Part shown: positions 32,587 to 42,241 of the stretch, piece by piece
How positions within the stretch are numbered: the first letter of the stretch is position 1
How the letters are laid out: every line of letters begins with the position of its first letter
NCBI GenBank assembly: GCA_026985995.1
Contig: JALSPJ010000102.1
Coordinates: 1 to 42,792 of the forward strand
DNA from: Anaerolineales bacterium
GTDB taxonomy: Bacteria; Chloroflexota; Anaerolineae; Anaerolineales; DRMV01
Reading direction: 5' to 3'
Length of the DNA: 42,792 bases
Program-made: the position numbers and the translations under genes
Notes under the pieces: generated by a model
Databases searched by the model: none
What the model was told of the DNA's origin: nothing
The model's input: the letters and a program-made list of their open reading frames with translations, nothing else

Positions 32587-34629
32587 ATGGCCAAAAGCAG
32601 CGAAGTCTTGCTGGCTTTCAACGAACTCACCCAAACTCGCGAACTGCCCCCCGAACGCATCCTCGACGCGCTCCGGGACGCGCTCATCGCGGCCTATCGC
32701 AAGGTGCACAACGCGCCCGCCTCCCAACAAGTCGAGGTGGAATTCGACCTGCCCAACGGGCGCATCACCCTGCTGGTGGAAAAAGAAGTGGTGGACGAAG
32801 TGCGCGACCCGCGCACCGAAATCTCCCTTGAGCAGGCGCGCCGCTTTCGCCCCGATGCCCAGGTGGGCGACATCGTCATGGTGCCCATGGACCCGTCCAC
32901 CTTTGGGCGCATCGCCGCGCAGGTCAGCCGCCAGGTCATCAAACAGCGCCTGCAAGACGCCGAGCGGCAAATGCAATATGAATACTACAGCCAGCTCAAG
33001 GGCGAAATCGTCCACGGCATCGTGCAGGCCATCAACGCCCACGAAGTGGTGGTCGGGCTCGACAAGCGCGCCGAAGGGCACCTGCTCAAAAAGGAACAAA
33101 TCCCCGGCGAGCGTTTTCAGGTGCACGACCGGGTGCGGGCCCTGCTTTTGGATGTGGAAAAGACCACCCGCGGGCCCTACATCATCCTCTCCCGCGCGCA
33201 TCCCAACTTCCTGCGGCGCTTGCTGGAGGAAGAAGTACCCGAAATCCACCGGGGGGAAGTGGAAATTCGCGCCGTGGCCCGAGAAGCCGGTCGGCGCTCC
33301 AAAGTGGCCGTGTCGGCCATCGCGCCCAACATCGACCCCGTGGGCGCGTGCGTGGGCATTCGCGGCTCCCGCATCCAAACCATCATGCGCGAGCTGCACA
33401 ACGAGAAAATCGATGTCATCCAGTGGGACCCCAACCCCGCGGTGTTCATCGCCAAGGCCCTGAGCCCGGCCCGGGTGCTGGGCGTTTACCTGCAGGAAGG
33501 GGAAGGGCCCCGCACCGCGGTGGTGGTGGTGCCCGAAGACCAGCTCAGCCTGGCCATTGGTCGGGAAGGGCAAAATGTGCGCCTGGCGGCCAAACTCACC
33601 CGCTGGCGCATCGACATCAAGAGCCTCAGCGAAGCAGCCCAGGACGCGCTGAGCAAACTGTATCGGGACGAGGCCTTCGCCCCCCTGCTGGAGGCCGAAC
33701 ACGACACCCTGGAGCAGGTGGAGGCCATCTTAGAGAAGAAACAGGCCGGCCGGCCCCTGACCCCCGAGGAATACAACTTCCTCTTCCAGTTCGTGGACCG
33801 GGTGGAGCGGGGCATGTTGGCCGAGCTGCGGGCCCGCCGGGAAGCCGAAGTCGCGGCCCTGGCCGAGCTGCGCCGCGGCATTCCCGAGGCCGCGTTCGAA
33901 ACGCCCCTGGACGAGCTGGGCCTCTCCCCGCGGCTCATCATCAGCCTTACCGAAGCCGGCTACCACAGCGTGGGCGACCTCATCATGGCCCTGCGGCAGG
34001 ACCCGGACGCCATTCTGGCCCTGCAAGGCGTGGGGCCGCGCACCATGGAAGCCCTGCAGCAGGCGGTGGAAGCCTACCTGGCCGAGCATGCGGCCGAAAT
34101 CGAAGCCGAAGCCGCGGCCGAGGCCGAGGAAGAAGCCGCGCCGGGCCCCGAAGAGACCGAAGCCGCAGCCGAACCCCAGGCCGAAGCGCCCCAGGCCGTG
34201 GAAGCCACCGCAGCCGAGCCGGTCTCGGGCGAAGCCCTTCCCCCTGACGAAGCCCCCGAGGCCGAACCCGAGGCCGTGCCCGTGCCCGAGCCCAGCGTGG
34301 CGGACCTCATCGTGGCCGAAGCCGAGCCTTTGCCCCCGGCCCCCGAGGCCGAAGCCGAACCCGAACCCCGGAGGGGCGAAGCGTTGCCTCGCCCAGAAGC
34401 CGAGGCCGAAGCGCCTTCCCTGGAAGAGCTCTTCTCCACCGAGCGGGTGCTGGGCACGCCCGAAAGCGCGCTGCTGACCGAAGCCGACGAGGAAGAAGAG
34501 GCCGCGGAGCCCGAGCCGCCCAAGAAGAAGAAAAAGAAGAAGCGCAAGAAGCGCGGCCCCCGCTACCGCGACCTGGAAGACGACGACGAGTACTTCGGGG
34601 GCCGACGCCGCGGCGATTGGGATTGGTAA
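32587..34629 (+). CDS. nusA: Transcription termination/antitermination factor NusA with a long acidic C-terminal extension
   Basis: NusA N-terminal domain, S1 (GEIVHGIVQ), KH1/KH2 (EIRAVAREAGRRSKVAV...GACVGIRGSRIQ...LAIGREGQNVRLA), a helix-hairpin-helix region, and then a roughly 180-aa Ala/Glu/Pro tail ending KKKKKKKRKKRG...RRRGDWDW. Confidence 0.93.
   Translation: MAKSSEVLLAFNELTQTRELPPERILDALRDALIAAYRKVHNAPASQQVEVEFDLPNGRITLLVEKEVVDEVRDPRTEISLEQARRFRPDAQVGDIVMVPMDPSTFGRIAAQVSRQVIKQRLQDAERQMQYEYYSQLKGEIVHGIVQAINAHEVVVGLDKRAEGHLLKKEQIPGERFQVHDRVRALLLDVEKTTRGPYIILSRAHPNFLRRLLEEEVPEIHRGEVEIRAVAREAGRRSKVAVSAIAPNIDPVGACVGIRGSRIQTIMRELHNEKIDVIQWDPNPAVFIAKALSPARVLGVYLQEGEGPRTAVVVVPEDQLSLAIGREGQNVRLAAKLTRWRIDIKSLSEAAQDALSKLYRDEAFAPLLEAEHDTLEQVEAILEKKQAGRPLTPEEYNFLFQFVDRVERGMLAELRARREAEVAALAELRRGIPEAAFETPLDELGLSPRLIISLTEAGYHSVGDLIMALRQDPDAILALQGVGPRTMEALQQAVEAYLAEHAAEIEAEAAAEAEEEAAPGPEETEAAAEPQAEAPQAVEATAAEPVSGEALPPDEAPEAEPEAVPVPEPSVADLIVAEAEPLPPAPEAEAEPEPRRGEALPRPEAEAEAPSLEELFSTERVLGTPESALLTEADEEEEAAEPEPPKKKKKKKRKKRGPRYRDLEDDDEYFGGRRRGDWDW
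34351..34410 (+). repeat. In-frame copy of the H module of the giant-gene array inside the nusA tail
   Basis: 58/60 nt identical to the reverse complement of 14834-14893. Encodes [20 protein letters not shown] in both genes. Palindrome at 34374-34394. Confidence 0.9.
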
Positions 34630-34650
34630 CCCATTCCCCGGAGGTGGGCC

Positions 34651-34995
34651 ATGGCCAAACGCCGACGCGGCAAACACATTCCCCAGCGCACCTGCATCGG
34701 CTGCCGCACCACCTCCTCCAAGTGGGAACTCATTCGGGTGGTGCGCACCCCCGAGGGCGTGCAGGTCGACCCCACCCGCCGCCTGCCCGGACGCGGGGCC
34801 TATGTGCACGCCCGCCGCGCCTGCTGGCAAGCCGCGTTCAAGCGCCGGGCCTTCGCCCACGCGCTGCGCACCACCTTGCAGCCCGCGGACCTGGAACGCC
34901 TGCGGGCCTTCATGGAAACCTTACCCCCCGACGATGACGAGGGTGCCACCCCCGCCACCGCCGGGCAGGGCCCCGTCTCGGAGGAACCAGTATGA
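34651..34995 (+). CDS. ylxR: YlxR/RnpM family RNA-binding protein (DUF448)
   Basis: PQRTCIGCR...L.R.V...G.V..D......GRGAYVH. GGAGGTG SD. The position between nusA and infB is conserved synteny. Confidence 0.85.
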   Translation: MAKRRRGKHIPQRTCIGCRTTSSKWELIRVVRTPEGVQVDPTRRLPGRGAYVHARRACWQAAFKRRAFAHALRTTLQPADLERLRAFMETLPPDDDEGATPATAGQGPVSEEPV

Positions 34996-36791
34996 TGATG
35001 GCCAAATCCGATGTCATCGAACTCCCCCCACATTTGACGGTGCGCGAGCTGGCCCAAAAGCTGGATGTCTCGGCCATCGACCTCATCAAGACCCTGATGA
35101 ATGTGGGCGTGATGGCCAGCCTCAACCAGACCATTGATTACGAAACCGCGGAAATCGTGGCCGCGGAGCTGGGCAAAGAAGTGCGCCTGGCCGTGCCCGA
35201 AACCGAAGAAAAAGAAGAAGAGGCTGGCGAGCTCCCCCTGTGGCGGCAATGGCTGCTGGCCGAACCGGCCGCCAGGCTCCGGCCCCGGCCGCCCGTGGTG
35301 GCCATCTTGGGCCATGTGGACCACGGCAAGACCACCCTGCTGGACGCCATCCGCAACACCAATGTGGCCGCCCGAGAAGCCGGCGGCATCACCCAGCACA
35401 TCAGCGCCTATCAGGTGGAACACGACGGCCGCACCATCACCTTCCTCGACACCCCCGGCCACGCGGCCTTCACTTCCCTGCGGGCCCGGGGCGCCAAGGG
35501 CGCGGACATCGTGGTGCTGGTGGTGGCCGCGGACGACGGCGTGATGCCCCAAACCCGGGAAGCCATCGCCCACGCCAAGGCCGCCCAAGTGCCCATCGTG
35601 GTGGCCATCAACAAAATCGACAAGCCCAACGCCCAGCCCGACCGGGTGCGGCAACAGCTCAGCGACCTGGGCCTGGTTCCCCAAGAGTGGGGCGGCGACA
35701 CCATCATGGTGGAAATCTCGGCCAAGCAGCGCCTCAACCTGGATGAACTCCTGGAAGCCATCCTGCTGGTCGCGGACACGGCCGACATTCGGGCCAACCC
35801 CCAGGGGCGGGTCTTCGGCACCGTCATCGAGGCCCAGGTCAAGAAAGGCCAGGGTGTGGTGGCCACCCTGCTGGTGCAAAACGGCACCCTGAAAGTGGGC
35901 GATGTGCTGGTCGCCGGCACCACCTACGGCAAAGTGCGGGCCCTCATGGACTTCCGCGGCAAGCGCATCAAGCAAGCCGGCCCCTCCACCCCGGTGGCCA
36001 TGCTGGGCTTCCACGACATTCCCGAGGCCGGCAGCCTGTTCTACAAGGTCAAAAACGAAAAAGAAGCCCGCCAAATCGTGGAAGAACGCTTAGAAGCCCA
36101 AAAGCGCCAGGCCCAGCAGGCCGCCGCGCCCCGCATGAGCCTGGAAGACTTCTTCAAGAGCCTGCAAGAGGGCAAGGTCAAAGAACTGCCCCTGGTGGTC
36201 AAAGTCGATGTGCAGGGCTCCTTGGAGCCGGTGGTGAAGGCCATCGAAGAAGTGAGCGAGCGCAACGAGGCCAAAGTGCGCATTTTGCACGCGGATGTGG
36301 GCAACATCACCGAAAACGATATCATGCTGGCTGCGGCTTCCAACGGCGTGGTCATCGGCTTCAATGTCAAGGCCGACGCCGCGGCCCGCAAAGTGGCCGA
36401 GCGCGAAGGCGTTTCCATCCGCACCTATCGGGTCATCTACGACCTGCTGCACGACATCGAAAAGGCCCTGCGGGGCTTGCTGGAGCCCGAAAAGCAGGAA
36501 GTCATCTTAGGCGAAGCCGAAGTCCTGGCCGTGTTCCCCTCGTCGCGCTTTGGCAAAGTGGCCGGCGGCCGGGTGCGCCGGGGCGTCATTCGCCGCAATG
36601 CCCGGGTGCGGGTGCTGCGCGACGACCAGGTGCTCTTCGACGGCGAAATCGGCTCCCTCAAGCGCTTCCAGGAAGATGTGCGGGAAGTCCGGGAGGGCTT
36701 CGAGTTCGGCATTGGCCTCAAGGGCTTCAAGGACTTCCAGGTCGGCGACCGCCTCATCGCTTACACCGTCGAAAGCGCGCCCGCGGCCTAA
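34992..36791 (+). CDS. infB: Translation initiation factor IF-2
   Basis: G domain [29 protein letters not shown]. Conserved C-terminal domains. The ATG overlaps the ylxR stop. Confidence 0.95.
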   Translation: MMMAKSDVIELPPHLTVRELAQKLDVSAIDLIKTLMNVGVMASLNQTIDYETAEIVAAELGKEVRLAVPETEEKEEEAGELPLWRQWLLAEPAARLRPRPPVVAILGHVDHGKTTLLDAIRNTNVAAREAGGITQHISAYQVEHDGRTITFLDTPGHAAFTSLRARGAKGADIVVLVVAADDGVMPQTREAIAHAKAAQVPIVVAINKIDKPNAQPDRVRQQLSDLGLVPQEWGGDTIMVEISAKQRLNLDELLEAILLVADTADIRANPQGRVFGTVIEAQVKKGQGVVATLLVQNGTLKVGDVLVAGTTYGKVRALMDFRGKRIKQAGPSTPVAMLGFHDIPEAGSLFYKVKNEKEARQIVEERLEAQKRQAQQAAAPRMSLEDFFKSLQEGKVKELPLVVKVDVQGSLEPVVKAIEEVSERNEAKVRILHADVGNITENDIMLAAASNGVVIGFNVKADAAARKVAEREGVSIRTYRVIYDLLHDIEKALRGLLEPEKQEVILGEAEVLAVFPSSRFGKVAGGRVRRGVIRRNARVRVLRDDQVLFDGEIGSLKRFQEDVREVREGFEFGIGLKGFKDFQVGDRLIAYTVESAPAA

Positions 36792-36812
36792 CCCCGCGGC
36801 AGGAGGAAAACC

Positions 36813-37244
36813 ATGGTCGGTGAACTGCGCCTGCGCCGCATCGAAGCGCGTATCAAAGAGGAACTGGCCGAAATTCTGCTGTTTGAAGTGGCCGACCCAC
36901 GGCTGCAAGGCGTGACGGTGACCGATGTGGAAGTGGACCGGGAGCTGGCCTACGCCGACATCTTCGTCTCAGCCGTTGAAGGCCAGGCCCGCAAAGACGA
37001 AGTGCTGGCCGGGCTGGAGCACGCCAAAGGCTTCTTGCGCTCCCAGCTGGCACAGCGCCTGGCCCACTTGCGCACCTTCCCCCGGCTGCGCTTTCACTGG
37101 GACCCGACCCCCGAACGGGCCGCGCGCTTGGAGCAGCTGTTTGCCCAGCTGCGGGCCGAGCGCCAGGCCACCGAGGAACCCACCCCGGGGCCCGAGGCCC
37201 CCGCGGAGGACCAAACCCATGCCGACGACGCTGGCACCGCCTGA
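36813..37244 (+). CDS. rbfA: Ribosome-binding factor A
   Basis: RIEARIKEELAEILLFEVADPRL..VTVTDVEVDRELAYADIFV. AGGAGG SD. Confidence 0.9.
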   Translation: MVGELRLRRIEARIKEELAEILLFEVADPRLQGVTVTDVEVDRELAYADIFVSAVEGQARKDEVLAGLEHAKGFLRSQLAQRLAHLRTFPRLRFHWDPTPERAARLEQLFAQLRAERQATEEPTPGPEAPAEDQTHADDAGTA

Positions 37245-38205
37245 GGCCGTGCGCCGCCTGTGGCAGCCCGGCCGCACCGTGGTCATCGCTTCCCACATCA
37301 ACCCCGACGGCGACGCGGTGGGCTCCCTGCTGGGCTTAGGCCACATGCTGCGCGCCGCGGGCCTCACCGTCACCCTGGCCCTGGCCGACCCCGTGCCCAA
37401 CAACCTGCGCTTCCTGCCCGGCGTCGAAGCCATCGTCGCCCGGGTCACCCAGCGGCCCGACCTGCTCATCGCGGTCGACAGCGGCGACCGGGAGCGTTTG
37501 GGCGCCGCGGTGCCCGCGGATTGGCCCGTGGACCTCAACATCGACCACCACAAAACCAACACCTTCTTCGGCCGCCTCAATGTGGTGCTGCCCCAGGCCC
37601 CTTCCACCACCGCGGTCATTGCCCAACACGCGACCGCGTGGGGGCTGCGCATCACCCCGCCGGCCGCGCAGGCCCTGCTCACCGGCCTGCTCACCGACAC
37701 CCTGGGGCTGCGCACCGCGTCGGTGCAGCCCGACACCCTGCGCTTAGTGGCCGCGCTCATGGAACACGGCGCGGACCTCAGCACCGCGTACTACGAAGCC
37801 CTGGTGGCCCGCACCTTCGCCGAAATTCGCTACTTAGGCCTGGGCAAGGCCCGGGCCCAAATGCAAGGCCGGGTCATCTGGTCCCATCTCACCCGCCACG
37901 ACCGGGAAGTCACTGGCTTCCCCATCCCCGACGATGCCGGCCTGGTCAACGCGCTGCTCAACGCCCGGGAAGCGGACCTGGCCGTGGTGTTCATCGAAAC
38001 CGACGAGCCCGAGGTGGTCAAAATCAGCTGGCGGGCCAAAAGCGGGTGGGATGTGGGCGAACTGGCGCGCGCCTTTGGCGGCGGTGGTCACGCCGCGGCC
38101 GCCGGCGCGCGCGTGAGCGGAACCTTGGAAGCCGTGCAACAACGCGTGTTGCCCGCAACCCTGGAATATCATCGCACCCGGCAGGTACCCCAAACCGCGC
38201 GCTGA
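37219..38205 (+). CDS. nrnA: DHH/DHHA1 phosphoesterase (NrnA-like oligoribonuclease/pAp phosphatase)
   Basis: VIASHINPDGDAVGS, DHH (NIDHHKTN), and C-terminal GGGGHAAAAG. GGAGGA lies 8 nt before the ATG. Overlaps the rbfA 3' end by 26 nt. Confidence 0.85.
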   Translation: MPTTLAPPEAVRRLWQPGRTVVIASHINPDGDAVGSLLGLGHMLRAAGLTVTLALADPVPNNLRFLPGVEAIVARVTQRPDLLIAVDSGDRERLGAAVPADWPVDLNIDHHKTNTFFGRLNVVLPQAPSTTAVIAQHATAWGLRITPPAAQALLTGLLTDTLGLRTASVQPDTLRLVAALMEHGADLSTAYYEALVARTFAEIRYLGLGKARAQMQGRVIWSHLTRHDREVTGFPIPDDAGLVNALLNAREADLAVVFIETDEPEVVKISWRAKSGWDVGELARAFGGGGHAAAAGARVSGTLEAVQQRVLPATLEYHRTRQVPQTAR

Positions 38206-38317
38206 GGCCGGGCCCCAGGCTCGCGGGCCCAGCCCTGCTCCGCGCGCCAGGTGGCGGCGCTTGACGCGTCGCATCGTCGAACGCGCGCCGTCCGACTCCG
38301 CTTTGGAGGTAGAAGCC

Positions 38318-39340
38318 ATGGCTTGGCAAACGCCCCCTCGTTCTTCTCGCCCCCGCCGGGGACGCAAACCCCGCCGACGGCGACCGGCCGCGCCCCCCAT
38401 GCGCGCCCCCTTAGGCGCTCGCACCGACCCCGACCTGCTGCGCAACGCAGTCTCGGGCGTGCTGGTCATCGACAAACCCGTGGGCATGACCTCCCACGAT
38501 GTGGTGCAAATCGTGCGTCGCGGCACCGGCATCCGCCGTTCGGGCCACGCCGGCACCCTGGACCCCCGGGCTTCGGGCGTGCTGGTGGTGCTCCTGGGCC
38601 CCGCGGTGCGCCTCAGCGAGTGGGTAGCCGCCTCCGACAAACGCTACATGGCCACCCTGCGCTTAGGCGCCCGCACCGATACCTACGACGCGGAAGGCCG
38701 GGTGCTGGAGGAACGCTCCTGCCCGGACCTCACCCCCGAGCAATTCCGCCAGGTGCTGGAGCAATTCAAAGGCGAAATCGAGCAGGTGCCGCCGTCGTAT
38801 TCCGCGGTGCGGGTGAAAGGCCGGCGGGCCTACGACCTGGCCCGCCAGGGCAAAGAGGTGCGCCTCAAACCCCGCAAGGTCCACATTTACGAGCTGGAAC
38901 TGTTGGAATGGGAACCGCCCGAGGCCGTGCTGGAAGTACACTGCTCCTCGGGCACTTACATCCGCACCTTGGTGGACGACATCGGCAAAGTCGTCGGCTG
39001 CGGCGCGCACCTGGTGGGCCTGCGGCGCACCCAAAGCGGGCACTTCACCCTGCGCGACGCGGTGCCCCTGGCCCGCCTGCAAGAAGCCTTTTTGGCCGGC
39101 GATTGGTACAAATATCTGCTGCCCGCGGCCGACGCGCTGCCCGACTGGCCCCTGGTGGAACTCAACGCGGACGAAGTGGACAAAGTGCGCTTTGGCCACA
39201 GCCTGCCGGCCCGCTGGGAGAACCTGCCCGAAGGGCAGCTCATTCGCGCCATCGGCGACCAGGGTGACCTGGTGGCCATTATGGAGTATAATGCAGAAGA
39301 AAACTTGTTGAAGCCACGCAAGGTCTTTTTTGTCACTTAG
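38318..39340 (+). CDS. truB: tRNA pseudouridine-55 synthase
   Basis: GVLVIDKPVGMTSHDVV...GHAGTLDPRASGVLVVLLG (catalytic Asp) and a PUA-like C-terminus. GGAGG SD before the ATG at 38318. Confidence 0.9.
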   Translation: MAWQTPPRSSRPRRGRKPRRRRPAAPPMRAPLGARTDPDLLRNAVSGVLVIDKPVGMTSHDVVQIVRRGTGIRRSGHAGTLDPRASGVLVVLLGPAVRLSEWVAASDKRYMATLRLGARTDTYDAEGRVLEERSCPDLTPEQFRQVLEQFKGEIEQVPPSYSAVRVKGRRAYDLARQGKEVRLKPRKVHIYELELLEWEPPEAVLEVHCSSGTYIRTLVDDIGKVVGCGAHLVGLRRTQSGHFTLRDAVPLARLQEAFLAGDWYKYLLPAADALPDWPLVELNADEVDKVRFGHSLPARWENLPEGQLIRAIGDQGDLVAIMEYNAEENLLKPRKVFFVT

Positions 39341-39431
39341 GGGGTGCTCATCGAGTAAAATCGTCGTTGTTCGCTGGCAGGCGCCCCCCTTCCCGCAGGG
39401 AGGCCCCCTATCCCTTCTGAGGAGGTGAAGC

Positions 39432-39842
39432 GTGGCGAAGAAACGCATCCAGGACATCGAGGGCATCGGCCCCACCTACGCCGAAAAGCTGGCTTCCATC
39501 GGCATCACCACGGTGGAAGCCCTGCTCGAGCAGGCCGGTACGCCCGAAGGCCGCAAGAGCATCGCCGAACGGCTGGGCATTTCGCCCAAGCGCATTTTGG
39601 AGTGGGTCAACCACGCGGACCTCTACCGCATCAAGGGCGTCGGGTCCGAATACGCGGACCTGCTGGAGGCCGCGGGGGTCGACACCGTCATGGAACTGGC
39701 CCGCCGCAACCCCGAATCCCTTTACGCCAAACTGGTAGAGGTCAACCAGGCCAAGAACCTGGTGCGCCGCGTGCCTTCCCTCGACCAGGTGCGGGACTGG
39801 ATCGAGCAGGCCAAGGCGCTGCCGCGCAAGGTCTTCTACTAA
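39432..39842 (+). CDS. DUF4332 (helix-hairpin-helix) domain protein
   Basis: IEGIGPTYAEKLASIGI...LYRIKGVGSEYADLLEAAGVDTV...P. GTG start follows GGAGGTGA. Confidence 0.8.
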   Translation: MAKKRIQDIEGIGPTYAEKLASIGITTVEALLEQAGTPEGRKSIAERLGISPKRILEWVNHADLYRIKGVGSEYADLLEAAGVDTVMELARRNPESLYAKLVEVNQAKNLVRRVPSLDQVRDWIEQAKALPRKVFY

Positions 39843-39857
39843 ACCTCAGGGGGCGCG

Positions 39858-40739
39858 ATGGCCATGCGACCACGCCGTGCGCTACTCTATGTCCCCGGCG
39901 ACCAGGAGCGCAAGCTGCGCAAAGCTGCCGGGTTGACCGTCGATAGCGTGTGTTTCGACCTGGAAGACGGTGTGGCATGGCCGCACAAGGCCGCGGCGCG
40001 GGCCCTGGTGGCCCGCGTCCTGGGGGAGCTCACCTTTGCGGCCGGGGAGCGCTTAGTGCGCATTCACCCGCCGCAGGGCCCCGACGGCGGCCCGGCCGCG
40101 GCCGATTTGGACGCTGTGCTTTCGGCCCACCCCGACGGCATCGTGGTGCCCAAGGTGGAAGCCCCCTGGCAACTGCACTGGGTGGCCTACCGCCTGCAGC
40201 AAGCCGAGGAACGCTACGGCTGGCCCGTGGGTTCGGTGCGGCTGCTGGCCATTCTGGAGACGGCCCGCGGGGTCGAGGCCCGCAACAGCATCGCCCGGGC
40301 CACCCCGCGCCTGGATGCCCTGCTCTTTGGCGCGGAAGACTACACCGCGGACCTGGGCGCGCAACGCAGCCCCGACAACCGGGAAGTGCTCTACGCCCGG
40401 CAGGCCGTGGTGGCCGCGGCCAAAGCCCACAACCTGCAGGCCATCGACATCGTCTACATTCGCTATAAGGACCTGGAAGGCCTGGCGCGCGAAGCCCGCG
40501 AGGCCGCGGCCTGGGGCTTCGACGGCAAGCAGGTCATTCACCCCGCGCAGGTGCCCGTGGTGCAGCAGGCCTTCACCCCCACGGCCGACGCCGTGGCCTA
40601 CGCCCGTCGGGTGCTGGAAGCCTACGAACGCGGCCGCGCGCAGGGCTTGGGCGTGGTGGCCCTGGACGGCAAGATGATTGACATGCCCATGGTCAAGGCC
40701 GCCCGCCGGGTGCTGGCCCGGGCCGGTGAAGCGGCCTAA
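39858..40739 (+). CDS. HpcH/HpaI aldolase / citrate lyase beta (CitE)-like acyl-CoA lyase
   Basis: RRALLYVPGD....KA......D.V.FDLEDGV...K..AR motif, and later ...FGAEDYTADLG...GKQVIHPAQ. Confidence 0.85.
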   Translation: MAMRPRRALLYVPGDQERKLRKAAGLTVDSVCFDLEDGVAWPHKAAARALVARVLGELTFAAGERLVRIHPPQGPDGGPAAADLDAVLSAHPDGIVVPKVEAPWQLHWVAYRLQQAEERYGWPVGSVRLLAILETARGVEARNSIARATPRLDALLFGAEDYTADLGAQRSPDNREVLYARQAVVAAAKAHNLQAIDIVYIRYKDLEGLAREAREAAAWGFDGKQVIHPAQVPVVQQAFTPTADAVAYARRVLEAYERGRAQGLGVVALDGKMIDMPMVKAARRVLARAGEAA

Positions 40740-41533
40740 GCCCCCTCCGTGGCCGCGTCCGACGCCGGTTCCCCCACCGGAACCCGCTGCGGCACCCACC
40801 GCACCCCCCGCCGCAACACTCGGGCCGGATGCCCACCCAACACCACCCCCGGCTCGGCAAAGGCTTTGGTCACCACCGCGGCCGCGGCGACCACGCTGTC
40901 GTCGGGGATGCGCGCGCCTTTGAGCAACATGGCCCGCGCGCCCACCCACACCCGCGCGCCCACCTCCACATCCGCGGCCGGGTTCAGGCGCTGGCCCGTG
41001 CGCGCGTCCAAAAGGCTGTGAGAATCGCCGGTGCGCACTTCGATGTCGTAGGCGAACAGACTGCCCGCGCCAATGCGCAGGCGGGTACCCTCGATGACCG
41101 ACAGGCGGGCGTGCACGATGGTGGTGCCTTCGCCGATGAGGAGCGAGCCGCCCTGGTCCTCCATCCAGATTTCGCCCCCCCGGGTGAAGCGCACCCCGCG
41201 CGCCAGCTGCAGCCGATGCCCCTGCCCCCGCAGGCGCACATACACCTGGTTGAGCACGCAACCCGCCGCGATGTGCACCGTGTGCCCCTCCCCCGCGAGG
41301 TCGAACACCACATTGCGCAGCACCGCGCCGGGTTCCACCACCAGCCGATGACCTGTGCCCTGCACGGTGACCTCGACGCCATGGGCCGCGGCCTGCCAGC
41401 GCACCTGATTGCCCGGGGCCACCCACCACCCCCAGCGTCGGGCCGCCGGCACCAGCCGGGTAAACGCCCGCCACCACCAGGGGCGCTGGCGCTGCAACAC
41501 CCGGGCCAACGCGCGCAAGCCAGTGGGGGCCAT
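40736..41533 (-). CDS. Left-handed beta-helix (hexapeptide-repeat) acyltransferase
   Basis: Hexapeptide periodicity (IGAGSLFAYDIEVRTGDSH...VEVGARVWVGARAMLLKGARIPDDSVVAA). GGAGGTG SD. Confidence 0.8.
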   Translation of the reverse strand: MAPTGLRALARVLQRQRPWWWRAFTRLVPAARRWGWWVAPGNQVRWQAAAHGVEVTVQGTGHRLVVEPGAVLRNVVFDLAGEGHTVHIAAGCVLNQVYVRLRGQGHRLQLARGVRFTRGGEIWMEDQGGSLLIGEGTTIVHARLSVIEGTRLRIGAGSLFAYDIEVRTGDSHSLLDARTGQRLNPAADVEVGARVWVGARAMLLKGARIPDDSVVAAAAVVTKAFAEPGVVLGGHPARVLRRGVRWVPQRVPVGEPASDAATEGA

Positions 41534-41564
41534 CGCTGCACCTCCGGGGGAACCGACGGCCGGC

Positions 41565-42176
41565 CTATTCGTCGGGCGGCCAAGTCAGAGTATCGACCGG
41601 CGCGGTGTTGAGGAACACGGTATACTGGCCCGGCGGCAGGCCCTGGAGCCACGGGGTCAGGTCCACCACGCCCTGGGTGGGGGCCAGCATTTCCACGCAC
41701 AACATGCGGGGGTTGGCAATGCCGAAGACCTCCACCTCAATGCGCGCCGCGTCGGGCGCGACCCGCACCTGGGCCCGCACGCCGTCACAAGGCCGAGGAC
41801 GCTGGCCGCGCACCTGCAGCACAAGGCGCTCCTTGTCCATTCGCGCCAACCGCGCGTCTTCCACATAAAAGGGCACTTTTTGCACCTGGCTCCAGTCGGG
41901 CGGCTCGGTGGGAATCTCGGTCCAGCCCTCTGGGCCGGGCTGCGGTTGAGGCAGCATGGTCACCTCCGCGGGGCGGTTGGGTTGGGCCGTGCTCACCTGG
42001 GGTTGGCCCGCGGCGCGGGTGGGCGTAGCCGCGGGGCGAACCGTTGGCGACGCCGGAGCCAAAGCCGTGGGCCTGGGCGGCGCGGGGGGTTCCGTGGCCG
42101 GGGAACCGCCGGCCTGGCAGGCGGCCAACACCACCGCGACCCACCACGCCAGGGCCAAAAGCGTAAAACGGCGCAT
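41565..42176 (-). CDS. Hypothetical lipoprotein
   Basis: MRRFTLLALAWWVAVVLAAC lipobox (LAAC) and a Pro/Thr/Ala-rich linker. GGGAGGTG precedes the ATG at 42176. The upstream part of the track ORF is rejected. Confidence 0.65.
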   Translation of the reverse strand: MRRFTLLALAWWVAVVLAACQAGGSPATEPPAPPRPTALAPASPTVRPAATPTRAAGQPQVSTAQPNRPAEVTMLPQPQPGPEGWTEIPTEPPDWSQVQKVPFYVEDARLARMDKERLVLQVRGQRPRPCDGVRAQVRVAPDAARIEVEVFGIANPRMLCVEMLAPTQGVVDLTPWLQGLPPGQYTVFLNTAPVDTLTWPPDE

Positions 42177-42241
42177 GATGCACCTCCCTACCATGGGGCT
42201 TGCGCCTTTTCCAACGCCGCGGGGCCGTCGCCGGTTCCCCC

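Noticed and set aside
34220-34275. A possible second, decayed H-module copy in the nusA tail (SGEALPPDEAPEAEPEA)
   Set aside because: Only a GEALP pentapeptide plus generic acidic composition is shared. The palindrome is not preserved (gggcgaagcccttccccc). This cannot be distinguished from chance in a low-complexity tail.
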